Shown: positions 12,281-23,628 of the stretch, in pieces
How positions within the stretch are numbered: the stretch's first letter is position 1
How the letters are laid out: the number at the start of each line of letters is the position of its first letter
From: Macrostomum lignano
Lineage: Eukaryota
Assembly (NCBI GenBank): GCA_002269645.1
Contig: NIVC01000525.1
Coordinates: 511,539 to 575,538 of the forward strand
Direction of reading: 5' to 3'
DNA length: 64,000 nt
Position numbers and translations under genes: made by a program
Notes under the pieces: model-generated
Database searches by the model: none
Told to the model about the DNA's origin: nothing
Seen by the model: the letters and a program-made list of their open reading frames with translations, nothing else

Positions 12281-15200
12281 CACTCCAATTTTTGCTTACT
12301 TCTATCATAACTAATACCTTTACCCTCTACCTTTAACTTTTTTAACATATACAAAAAACATGTCAGTTTTAGTATATTGAGATAGGTTTGAAACTATTAT
12401 CCATGAAACAAAAATCAAATGTCTTGTGCTAGTAGTGCTACTAGCTTTAGTAGGTAGTAATACCTGCTGTAAAGGGAAGTGTTTTTTGTTTTACTTAGTC
12501 TAATTTCACCAACGAAATCTGTTTTCTCCGAGACTTGAAGCTATGTCATACCCCACCCCAATCACAGCCAATAGGAAATGAGGAAATATATAGACCTATT
12601 CATATCCAAGCAGCCATTCAGAGCTGTGGCCATCTTGGTGTATGGCCATCTTGGTCATGCGCCATATAAACCTATGAATTACTAACAGTCATGACTGCCA
12701 TTTCTCTATCCTTATTATCCCTATTAACAATGGTTATACTTAACATTTATTTTATTTTATTCTTAGTTGATCTAGAAAGCCTAGACCTTTATTGCTATAT
12801 TTGTGCAGGGCCCTTCTCGATTCTTTTATAAAATTGATAATCATATAACTCATTTTGAATGCGTGCCAAATCTAGGAAAACACATTGTTATAATACACAT
12901 ATTTTTCATAATATTTTACACGAACTAATTTTTGTTTAAACTAGCAGTAAATTTTAGTATAAATAGAAGCATTTTTGACAGAGGAGAGAGCAACCTCGTG
13001 CACCGCGGTTTGATAATAAGACAGTTAATAGCAAATAGTAAGAGTTCCGAGTAAATGTTATTGAAGATTGTTTTCCAAGTTATTCATTTGCAGAAGAGAA
13101 GTGAAGTAGCAGAGAACACATATAGTATATACTACTGAGAAGTAGAAATAGTAAGAGAATACAAAGTAGATCCTAAATCAATATATATAAAAATAACCAG
13201 AGGCTATGACCCTCTGATCTTGGTAACACCTAGGATTAGAAGTACATGCAATACATATACCAGTAAGCCAATATACCGCTCAGGCCAGAATAACAGTAAA
13301 CGCTACTAGAAAAATAGCAAACGCAACGCTATGGGAATAACAAGATAATGATACTTGTAAGAGTTAAATAGTATTCTAAGAACAATATACTCAATAAAAT
13401 TTCTACAAAAGAAAAACCTACTATTAACAGAAATAGGCAATGATGTAGTCCTATTAATATTCTATTCTAGGCAATTCTAAGCAATAGAATAAAAGGTGGC
13501 TTTGGTTCTGAGAAAACTGTATGCTTGTATATACCATATCACTCAGTTCAAGCCGCTCAACTATATATATCCAAAATTAATTTATATATGCCGTCGGAGG
13601 ATATGATGTTGAGGATCTGTTGTTCACATAACTGCCTATATGCCTATGCAAGAACGCATTCGAAGAAAGCGTAGGTTAATTAGGTATTAAACCTTTTTTA
13701 AATTTACAATTTAACTCTTATTTTGACCAATTAAACAAACGAACTTCTTTTAAATTACAATTTAGTGTAGACACAACCCATGTAACCCTTTTTTATTGAA
13801 ATTACTAACAAAATTGAGTCTAGATTACCAGATTAAATTACTAAATTGCCAAAATTACCAGAAATGGGACTTTTTTCACAACAAATCCATCTGAAATTGA
13901 AACGAACAGAAATAATTGGCAAAACATCTTGATCGAATGCATCAGAGAATTCTGAAATGTAAACAGCAGTAAAAACAACAAAAATGTGATAACTACACCA
14001 TTCTGTGGCTCTGTGCACTCATGCATGATGCGCCGTCTAGATATATTGGATCGAGCTGTGCGCGATTGATCAGAGCTTATAAATTTGATCGGCCCTTGAT
14101 GAAATCATAGCCATCGCATCTTGCGACGTGAAATATTCTTAACTACAACAACAAAAACAAAATACTTTTACTGCCAGCCACTCAGTCGCCAGAAAGGGGG
14201 AGAAGTCAGAGAGCACGTTGTTGGGACATATAGAGCTCCTAAAATTAATTTATTTGCACCTTGGTGTAAGTAAATGCCACTACCTCCAAGTAGTCAGGGC
14301 ATGAGCCGCGCTTAACTGCTGCGGCGGCCCAACAGCCGCAGGACCAAGCGGGGGCAGCGGAGCGAGCGTCGGCGTGTTGAGCGTCGGCGTGAGCAAAATC
14401 GGCGCGGTCGGCAACGTGGTGCTGCTCGTCGAGCTGCTGCCGCTCTTGCCCATAAGGATCCTCTGGGTGGCGCCAGGGATCGAGAGGCTCATTTACATCG
14501 AGCCCCAGCCGTACGACAGGGCACGCTTCGGGTCGGGACCCTGAACTGCCGCACTCTCAAGGCCGCCTGGCGGAGAGGGGCTCTGGCAAAGCTAGCGCTC
14601 GACCTAAGCAGTGACGTCATCACACTGCAGGAGGTGTCTATCAAGACTGACCAGGGCTTCACTTTGAGGATCTGGGCGCCGGATGGACCCTCTATTACAC
14701 ATCGGCGGACCAACGAGGCCGTGGAGGAGTTGGAGCGCTGGTTGGACCGAGGCTGCAGCAGAGCTGTCGCTGCGTCTCTCTGTCTCCTCGGCTGCTCCGG
14801 GTCGACGTTTGGCTTCGCGGCCGGAACGCTCGCCTGTTCTGCGCATACGCGCCTCCTGCCACCCGACCTGACGAGGCTCAAGAATTCTTTGAGCAGCTCT
14901 CGGTACAGCTGGAGGCAACGGCGCAGCGCGACACAGTGATAATCCTCGGAGACCTGAACGCGGTTTTGCGTAGGTCCGAGCGGTCACTTTTCATCACACC
15001 GCGTGAGAACGGAAACACCGGAGAGCTGGAGGACTTCCTAGAGAGGCAGGACATGGTGTCGGCCAACACCCGCTTCCGCAAGCCGCTGGGCAGGCTCGCA
15101 ACTTTTGTGGGCTGCAAGCGCAGGCGGAGGAACGCGCGTGGCCGGAACGCAACACGGAGGCAGGCACAGATCGATCATGTGCTGGTGTGCTTCCGCGAGC

Positions 15201-15490
15201 GCCGCCGCGTCGTCAATTGCCACGCCATCACACCGCTGGCTCTGCGTTCCGATTGTCGTATCGCGTGACTCAGCGGGTGTACATTGAGTACAATCGCTGT
15301 TTTATTTTATTGATTGACTGACAATGCTTCATTGAGCGTGACTAGTGTGTGCGTTATTTGAAAACCCCTTGTGCTTTTATGCATCAATTATTCTTACGTT
15401 CGCTTGTACCAAAAATATAAAAGTCGTCTAGTGAGCTTAGAGCTCAATACTTTTTGATTTCTCGCACTAACCACTATAGAGCTGTTTTAG

Positions 15491-15503
15491 TGGCGACGAG
15501 GAT
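15491..15503 (+). promoter_or_regulatory. Primer-binding site complementary to the 3' end of tRNA-Ser(GCT)
   Basis: TGGCGACGAGGAT, 1 nt after the LTR end; it matches the complement of ...ATCCTCGTCGCCA as I recall the eukaryotic tRNA-Ser(GCT) end. Confidence 0.7.
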
Positions 15504-15515
15504 TGTGGCTGAGCA

Positions 15516-17397
15516 ATGCCTAACCACGCAATCGGAGAATATGAGGACTCCGAGGAAACCTGGGATGAGTACCAGGAGCGTCTGGAGCAACATTTCCTGG
15601 TACAGGACATCACCGACGAAAGTAAAAAGAGGGCCACCCTGCTGAGCGTCTGCGGTAGGAAAACCTTCTAGTTGGCCAGAAGCCTCTGCTCTCCAGCCAA
15701 AGTCGCGGACAAATCCTATGCCGAAATATGCGAGCTGCTGAGCGCTCATTTCAACCCAAGGCCGAGTGAGATCATTCAGAGGTTCCACTTCAATAACCGA
15801 GTTCAGCGCCCTGGAGAGTCGGTGGCAGAGTTCCTTGCGGAGCTGCGGAAGCTGGCGGAGTTCTGCAATTACGGCGGCAGCCTGTCTGACATGCTGCGCG
15901 ACAGGCTGGTGTGCGGCATTGCGGACCAGCAAATCCAGCGCCGGCTCCTGATGGAGGCCGAGCTGACCCTCGAAACTGCCAAACAGATCGCGCAAGCGGG
16001 CGAGTCAGCAGCAAAAAACTGTCAATCGCTGGGCTCAGCAGAACCTGCGACAGCGACATCGGCATCGTCAGCGACAGAGAGCGACTCCGTGCTTCGAATG
16101 GAACGACAGCGAGCGCAAGACAACCGTCAGTCTGGAATAGAAGGCCGGCGGCTCTGTTTCCGCTGCTTGTAGACTCGCCATCCGGCAGCCATATGTCCCT
16201 TCGCGGACAAACGCTGTTTCAACTGCAGCAAAATTGGGCACACCGCGAAGGCATGCAAGGCGGGGACACAGCACCAGCCAATGCACCAGCTGGTTGACCA
16301 GCAGCCTTCAGACAGCAGCTCAGCTCAGGCCGCCGAGCCGCCCAGCCCAGCCGAGGTCGCTTATCCCTTCTGGGTGCTGACCGATCGCAGGCCAGGTTTC
16401 CTCCAATCGTGACCTCTGTCTTCATCGAGGAGAAGCGATTCGAGATGGAGGTAGACACGGGGGCATCCGTATCGCTGATGTCCGAACGTACATTCAAGGA
16501 AAACCTGGGAAGCCGATGTCTCTGTCTGCGTCAACGGTTCAGCTTAGTACGTACACCGGTCAAACCGTCCGTGTTCTCGGTCAGCTCTTCGTACGCGTGC
16601 GAGCTTCGCAAGGTTCGGCCGAGGAACAGCTGCCGCTGCTTGGTTGTCGCCGGTTGTGGTCCGAGCCTCCTTGGTCGAGACTGGCTAGACCGCCTGCGGC
16701 TGGACTGGCAATCTATCAAGCGGATGGAAGAAGCTGATGCAGCCAAGGAGTTGCTACAGGAGTTCTCAGAAGTCTTCCAAGGTCTGGGCGAGTTCAGCGG
16801 CAAGCCGGTGTCCATCAGTCTGAAGGAGAACGCCAGACCAAGGTTCTGAAGGGGGGGGGGCGGTACCGTTTGCGCTGCGCGAGAAGGTTGAGCAGCAGCT
16901 GCAGAAGGAAATCGACCAAGGAATCCTGGTGCCGGTCAAAAATTCCAACTGGGCGTCCCCGATCGTGCCGGTAATGAAGTCCGACGGCAGCGTGCGCATC
17001 TGCGCTGATTTCAAGCAGTCGGTCAACGCAGCTATCCGGCCTGAGGCTTACCCGCTGCCGAACATCGACGAGCTGTTTTCACGCTTGGCTGGCGGTAAGA
17101 AGTTCTCAAAACTGGATCTGAGCTAAGCATTTTCGCAGCTTCCCCTGGATGAGGATGCTCAAGAGCTCTGTACCAACAACACCTCGCTGGGACTTCTTCG
17201 CTACACCCGTCTGCCTTTCGGCGTGTCGATCGCCCCCAGCGTGTTTCAGCGGGTGATGGACAGCTTACTGCAAGGAATTCCGCACTCTGCATCCTTCATC
17301 GATGATGTCATCATCACAGGCGAAGACGACGCCAGTCACCTCCGCAACCTGAGAGCAGTTCTGAAGGTCTTCAAGGAGTCCGGGCTGACCTGCAAGC
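15516..17397 (+). pseudogene. gag-protease-RT pseudogene of the Mag-type element
   Basis: ATG at 15516. WDEYQERLEQHF, RDRLVCGI, CFNCSKIGH, EVDTGAS, YPLPNIDELF, FSKLDLS, RLPFGVS and FIDDVII, broken by stops and frameshifts. Confidence 0.9.
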
Positions 17398-18788
17398 TCG
17401 CTGTTTTATTTTATCGATTGACTGACAATGCTTCATTGAGCGTGATTAGTGTGTGCGTTCTTTTAAAACCCTCTTGCTTTTATGCATCAATTATTCTTAC
17501 GTTCGCTTGTACCAAAAATATAAAAGTCGTCTAGTGAGCTTAGAGCTCAATACTTTTTGATTTCTCGCACTAACCACTATAGAGCTGTTTTACCGATCAT
17601 CGACTCGTCGTCTGCGACCTTCGTCTTCGCGATCTGCTCTACCGTCCGCCGAAGCGGCCACCGCGGCGCTATTACCGGGCGCTCAAGGATGCCAACACGC
17701 ACAGCCGCTTTGCTAGCGCTTTCATCACTGCGCTCGACGGTAAGCGTGGAGGTGCCGAGTACGCGGAGGTGTGCGCTGCAGTTCGAGCCGCCGCGGAACA
17801 AGCAGTCCCGCTGATGCGACCGGCCCAGCGGGAGCAGCCGGAATGGCAAGACGACCGACCCCGCGATTCGGCTAGCGAGGGAAGAGCTAGAGACACTCCG
17901 TTTGAGCAGGCGACCAACACGCGAGGCAGAGGAGGCCTTGGCGGCTGATGCCAGAGGCCGCGTGGCCTGGTCGGCTATCAATGCTCTGACGGGGCGAAAG
18001 CGGCGCATTCCGCTAAACCTGGCAGGCGACTCCGAGGACGAGCGCAGAAATGAGCTGCGTGAGTTCTTCGCCGCCATTGTCAACGCGCTGCCACCCCTCT
18101 GCCAGACAGTCTGACGCTGCCGCCGGAGATGCCGTTGCCGGCAGAGGAGAGCTTCAGCCTAGCACCAGTCAGCCCAGCCGACGTTGTGAGGCTCGCCAAC
18201 AGTCACTGGGCGGGAAAGCGCTGGGTCCGGAAGAGGTGCCCATCGAGGCGCTGCGCATCCACTGTGGGGCCAGTGAGGTCGCCAGAGTGATAAATCGCGT
18301 GCTCTTCGGTGAGGAGGCACGCAACGAATGGACCATGGCGCACATCGTCGCAGTTCCCAAGAAGCCGGGCACCACGAGGCTTGAGGAGAATCGAGGTATC
18401 TGCCTTTAGTCCTGCGATGCGAAGTTGTTCAACCGGATGCTCGGATACGCCAGTCGATCCTGATTGTTACCTTCATAGATTTTAAGAAGGCATTCGACTC
18501 GGTCGTCAGGTCTGTGCTCCCAAACGTACAACGTGTCAGAGCAGCTAATTTCCGCCATCATGGCGATGTACTGTGATAGGAAAGCTTCTGTTTCAACACC
18601 GGAGGGCCTATCGGACTTCTTTGAGACATCCTCCGGGGTGATTCAGGGAGATCCGCTTGCGCCGTTCCTGTTTGTTCTGGTGCTTGACTGGGTGCTGCGG
18701 ACTGCTCTTCTTACCAACGACGACGGCTTTCTGTTGCGGCGACGCGTGGGTCGACGTCAGCCGGAGAGGCGGCTCAGCGTGCTTGGCT

Positions 18789-18841
18789 CAAGGACAACTT
18801 AAGTAGATATACGAGCGTATATGTTACTTGAGTAGTCCTTG
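18789..18841. mobile_element. 53-bp palindromic micro-MITE with 8-bp TSD GCTTGGCT
   Basis: CAAGGACAACTTAAGTA...TACTTGAGTAGTCCTTG. TSD at 18781-18788 and 18842-18849. It interrupts the LINE at LG|YADD. Confidence 0.85.
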
Positions 18842-19034
18842 GCTTGGCTACGCCGACGACCTCGCCCTGCTGTCCTCAACTGTCGAGGGCGCCCAGCGAC
18901 AACTGGACAAGCTAGTTGCTGTTGCAGTGAGTGTCGGCCTTGTGGTCAACACACAGAAGACCGTCGTGCTCTGCGTGCCGGACAACATCGAGGCAGCAAT
19001 TTTGTGCCGAGGCTCTGATGGACAGGCGACAGAG

Positions 19035-19261
19035 TGTTGTATATTGACAGAGAACACACTTGGCGCAAAGACACAGTATGCCCCGAGTCGATTGTTTTAT
19101 TGTCTAGGGCAAAATCTATTATTTTATAATAAAGTAGTTACGACACGCATCCCAAGAGGAGTTAATCAAGCGGAGCAATACGAAAGCTCGAACCGCTTAA
19201 GTGAACTTTTGTCTTCCTTACTTAAATGTAGTAGCTCCAGGTCGGAGTAGAAGACGTAACA
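19035..19261. mobile_element. Solo LTR, 227 bp
   Basis: TGTTG...TAACA termini, 5-bp TSD CAGAG at 19030-19034 and 19262-19266, internal AATAAA. Removing it restores the LINE codons ATELPRCQ. Confidence 0.85.
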
Positions 19262-19884
19262 CAGAGCTTCCGCGTTGTCAGCAGTTCGTCGACCTCTGCT
19301 GTCTGGTTCCCGGCGTCCGCGAGGATTTGCGGCGTCGCCGCAGGCTTGCCTGGGCTGCCTGTGAGGGCAGTCCTGCAGTCTTACCTGACCGCCAGAGGGC
19401 GGCGATGTTCCAGGCGGTGATCGAGACTGTCCTGCTGTACAACGCCGAGACCTGGACGCTGACGGAGTCGCTCGAGCAACAAGTTGACGCGGCGCACGCT
19501 GGCCTGCTGCGTGCCGCCTTCAAGATCGGCTACGAGCGAGTGACCAACGCGGCTTTGTATCTCCGCGCCGGCCTGGTCCGTCCAAGCGACCTGCTGCGCC
19601 GTCGGCGACTCCAGCTGGCCGGCCACATCATCCGCGCAAAGTCGTACTGCCCAGAGCCGGTGCAGGAGGTGCTGCTGCTAACCCTGCAGGCACCCTACCG
19701 GCGGGGGCAGGCGCGCACTCGGCGTTTCGTCGACTGCCTACTGGCTGACGCCGGCGCCTCGGATTCGGGCGGCGGCTTGGCGTTCATTGGCGACCTGGCC
19801 TTGAAGCGCGCCCTGTGACGCTAACCTGCGTATTCTGTTGTAGAGCCCTAAAAAAGTCCGTACCCCCCCCCCCCCAGCTTGGTC

Positions 19885-20635
19885 CGGGGCGCCCGCCAGC
19901 ATCAGTCAAAAGCCGGTCAGGAAGTCTCGCCGTTCGCCCGTGGCCTCGCCTGCGCGGTCCCTGCAGCTTGAGCAGCAGCCTTCGTGTAGCGGCTCGGGGC
20001 CGGCCTCCGACCAGATGACGTGGCCAGCCAGTCGAAGTCGTCGACCGCGCAGCCCAGCCAGAACGCCGCATCAGGTGGGCCCTTGCGTAGAGCGCTGCAT
20101 TTTATTAGTCTCGCTGCCTGGACCGCTGCGCACTCCGAACACCGCACGCAGCATGGCCGGATGCGCAGCATTCAAGCTGCTTCTCCAAGGCGTCCATGTC
20201 AGGGTCCAGGTCTCGATCGTTGTACAACAAGATAGTCTCAACGTCTACCTGAAACCCCTGAGCCCATCACCTGCCTCAGAATGGAGCACGGAGCGCACAG
20301 AACGAAACGCGGTCCAGGCCAGTCCTCGTCGTCTCACTAAGGTCGTCGGCAACGTCTGGCACGAGGCCGCCAAGGTACAGGAACCGCTGGCTAAGCATGA
20401 TTGCATCCCCGGCGGCGTAATTGATCCCGGCAGGCAGGTCGGAGAGTGAAGACTACCGTCTTCTGCGCGTTCTGGGAGGAGGAGCTAGGTGGCCCACTTC
20501 GATCGAAGAGGAGCGTGTACCACCAGCACTGGCAGAGAGGAAGAGCACTGGAGGCGATCGAGGAGAAGGGGCAGCTTGAGGCCGACTCGCGATGCTCGCG
20601 ATGTCAGGCCATCCAGCAGCCGCTAAGCGCCTTCA
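19885..20635 (-). pseudogene. Diverged RTE-family RT C-terminal fragment, tail-to-tail with copy 1
   Basis: The reverse strand gives AQRLLDGL...VGL, NAQKTVV, LLYNDRDLD/TWT-like and LLLKLQGP..RG segments, homologous to the other copies. Confidence 0.65.
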
Positions 20636-21286
20636 GACTTCAAATCAGAAATCAGACTTCAGTATACTTCTATTTTACCAGTGGCTTTCGCGATGCTTTT
20701 AGTGGGCATGCTTTTTACAAGTCTCATCATTATTTATAAACAATACGCACGAATTTTCTGCACCTTAAGCCCTCGATAGTATATATATTGGCCAACTTCG
20801 AAGATGCACTGTGATTCAGTCTGTATATTTAATTATAAATCAAAACATGCCCTGCACACATAAAACAATTGCCCTTCTGTACACATACACGCAGATTAAG
20901 ACTCGACTGGATTATAGCATGCACACATGCAGATGACAAAAGATTCCTGAACGAGTACAAGTACGAGTACTATAAGTAGTATATTTTATGCTGGACACGT
21001 ATTAAATATCAATATATAATACCGATTAATAACTCAAAGTATTTTTGTTAGTGCTTTTGCAAAAAGTAAACTATAACTTCATTTTAACAAAAAAATTTAC
21101 CGAATATAAATGGGCAAATAAATATTCCAGTTTGTAATCCAAATACGGGAAAAAAATTTGATAGAAATTAAACGACTCATAAAAATATAAAAATCAGGAA
21201 TAAAAGATTAAAATAGTTACTCCAGGGTGTAGTACTGTATATATAGGTGTACAAAGTCCCAGCCAACATTTATGAAATTGCGTCAC

Positions 21287-21985
21287 TCAAATATGCCGCA
21301 CAAAATCGCAGCTATAATGATGCAGCACAAAGTCCAGCTGGTAGCGCACAGGCTCCAGCCCGGCTGCTGCATCGCACAGACCTTCGTCCAGCGACGACTG
21401 TCCGCCGTCCTCCGACATCCGCCGCAGCACCGGCCGCAGTCTGGTTCGCTGAATGCACCGGCCAGACCGGGCCAAGTTGATCAGTTCCGGGTCGTATCCG
21501 TATTTCCAATAAGATTCGTTTAGCGCCACGGGATCTGTGCACAGGCAGCGCTTGTGCACAATAAACGGTGGCTCCATTGTCACGCTGTCGTCGATCTCCG
21601 GCTCGCTAACAGTGGGACAGAGGCTGGTGCCCTCAATCTGATGATTGTCAAGCATCTGGCTAAACGAATGCGTGCCATCCAGGCTGCTGCACTTTATTGG
21701 CAAATCTGGCCAGTCCAGCGTGTTCAGGTTGGTTTTCCATGTCTTGCTGACGTTCAAGTAGGTTCGAATCCTATCAGCCAATTGGCTGGCGTTGGCTTTG
21801 CTGAAGCAGAGAACGATGCTGCTGTCCTGCGGCAGCTGCAGGCCTGACAGAGCCAATGGCAGGGCCATGGCGGCAGACCAGCAGCAGCAGGAGAAGAAGA
21901 CAGCAAGCAGGACAGTTGGGGCAAGCTGGCTGAGTTTAGTAGTGCCTCCTGTGGTGTGTGGGAGGAAAGTGCGTTCCGTCAGCAA
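21287..21985 (-). CDS. Secreted cystine-knot protein, IL-17-like; 5' end unresolved
   Basis: A signal-peptide-like VLLAVFFSCCCWSAAMA precedes SLCP...D...P...RCLC...RC...PVLRR...C...Y...V...C. There is no ATG upstream of the hydrophobic stretch in this exon. Confidence 0.55.
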   Translation of the reverse strand: MLTERTFLPHTTGGTTKLSQLAPTVLLAVFFSCCCWSAAMALPLALSGLQLPQDSSIVLCFSKANASQLADRIRTYLNVSKTWKTNLNTLDWPDLPIKCSSLDGTHSFSQMLDNHQIEGTSLCPTVSEPEIDDSVTMEPPFIVHKRCLCTDPVALNESYWKYGYDPELINLARSGRCIQRTRLRPVLRRMSEDGGQSSLDEGLCDAAAGLEPVRYQLDFVLHHYSCDFVRHI

Positions 21986-21996
21986 ACCAGGGGCGT

Positions 21997-22392
21997 CCCA
22001 AATCTGCAGTTGCTACGGACGCCAAAACCTATAGTTACTATAGGGATGCACAAATCTGCAGTTGCTAGGGACGCCAAAATATACAGTTACTATAGGGGCG
22101 CCCAAATCTGCAGTTGCTATAGGGTCGCCATAGTTACTATAGGGGTGCCCAAATCTGCAGTTGATTGGGCCCAAATCTGCCGTTTCTAGGGGTGCCCAAA
22201 TCTGCAGTTGCTAGGGACGCCATAGTTACTATAGGGGTGCCCAAATCTGCAGTTGATTGGGCCCAAATCTGCCGTTTCTAGGGGTGCCCAAATCTGCAGT
22301 TGCTAGGGACGCCCAAATCTGCAGTTGCTAGGGACGCCCAAATCTGCAGTTGCTAGGGGCGCCTAAATCTGCAGTTGCTAGGAGCGGCAAAA
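21997..22392. repeat. Composite minisatellite built on CCCAAATCTGCAGTTGCTAGGGACG
   Basis: Direct repeats immediately 5' of the IL-17-like exon. Confidence 0.9.
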
Positions 22393-23437
22393 TTTATTTT
22401 TAAAAAATTAACAAAACTCAACCGATATGCTCTTTGCTCACCTGTTTTCATATTGACCGATTCGTGCAGTTCGAATAGGGAGTTATTCCAAGAAGTAATT
22501 ATCCGTTAGTGTAGACGACCGGACTAATTAGTGAAGGATATTGAGTTTCACTAAGCCAGCACCTGCCCTCAATATATAGTCATTTTCAAGAGTAATTAAC
22601 CACGCGTTATAATTCCATTCGTGAGTCAACTTTCGTTTTTTTCATTGGACTTTGCAACGAGAATTAGTTAGAGCTAATTTTAAAGCAAAGTAAGACAGCT
22701 TCTAAATTTAGTTGCTGGGTTTGGAAATGCCCAAGGTATCAGTGGACTCTGGACAATGAGCAACCCTATATAACCCTTTATCATCTGATACGCTTGGATC
22801 AGTTCGGTTGGATGATGAAATAAAAGGCTGGTGATAAATTGCTAACGAGAGAGTCTTGCCTTAAAACAGTGACTAATTCCGACTTTTTTGCAAAGAAAGA
22901 TAAACAAATAAAAAAATGATACGAACTGACTATTTAAGCTACCTGGTTTTTTAGATGCAATCTGTGAGCCTAAAATTTATATTATTAGATAAAGACTGCA
23001 CGTGCTGCTTCACGGTGCAGGTCAGAATGATGCTACGCGTGTGGTCCCCCCCCCGGCCCCTAGCCGATATTCCATTTGCTGTGTCCAGATGCCATGATGT
23101 TGTACGCCCACACGGGTTTAAAAAGTCGCTATACGGGTGGTCCTCTTAACATGCGTGCGTAGCGCCTTTAACATAGCGACAAAAAATACTTGAAAACATT
23201 GCATAGCTGCACATGTGTTGAGCTGTATGTTGCTAATCTAAATTTATCAATTAATTTAGCTCGAACAAAAGTATAGAGGCTCCGGGCGGATGTGCTGTTC
23301 AGCTCCAGAGCCTGAGTCGGTGCGCACTAGATGCACGACCGGGTTACATCATTGCCACTTTGAGGCTATTATATGTCATGTATAGTAAAATCGCCTAGGC
23401 GAATCTAATAACCCCCCCCATTATCGACGTAGTACAA

Positions 23438-23628
23438 ACGGGGTCGTTTTACAAACCCGGAATTTCGGGTTTGTGAGATTTCGGGTTTGTGTATTTTTCG
23501 GCATTGTGAAAGAAACGGCATTTTGAGTTTTCGGTGTTATGAAATTTCGGTTTGGTGAAATTTCGGGTCTATAAAGTTCCCTGTTTTGTTGAAATTGTGA
23601 AATTTCGGGTTTTATGAAAGCGCCCCGT
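23438..23628. mobile_element. MITE-like element with imperfect ~28-bp TIRs and internal TTTCGGGTT motifs
   Basis: ACGGGGTCGTTTTACAAACCCGGAATTT versus AAATTTCGGGTTTTATGAAAGCGCCCCGT. No clear TSD. Confidence 0.5.

Larger units (their letters stand above)
8119..12663 (+). mobile_element. Internally deleted Mutator-like (MULE) DNA transposon, 4.5 kb
   Basis: 42-bp TIRs at 8119-8160 and 12622-12663 (38/42 match), TSD ATATAAAC at 8111-8118 and 12664-12671, and an internal transposase C-terminal fragment. Confidence 0.75.
15254..17592 (+). mobile_element. Gypsy/Ty3 Mag-type LTR retrotransposon, deleted from mid-RT to the start of the 3' LTR
   Basis: 5' LTR 15254-15489, truncated 3' LTR 17398-17592, TSD CCGAT at 15249-15253 and 17593-17597. 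Gag has two CCHC knuckles, protease VDTGAS, RT FIDD. Confidence 0.92.
14245..19840 (+). mobile_element. Full-length but degenerate RTE-clade LINE (APE endonuclease + RT), copy 1, carrying three nested insertions
   Basis: Colinear homology to 38463-41554 ([34 protein letters not shown]). TSD TAGAGC(T)CCTAAAA at 14231-14244 and 19841-19853. The 3' end GCGTATTCTGTTG follows the stop. Confidence 0.9.

Noticed and set aside
23275-23350. GC-rich island with two stems and a possible pseudoknot, resembling an HDV-like fold
   Set aside because: L3 is too short, extra bases separate P3 and P1, and there is no GCNAA-type J4/2.
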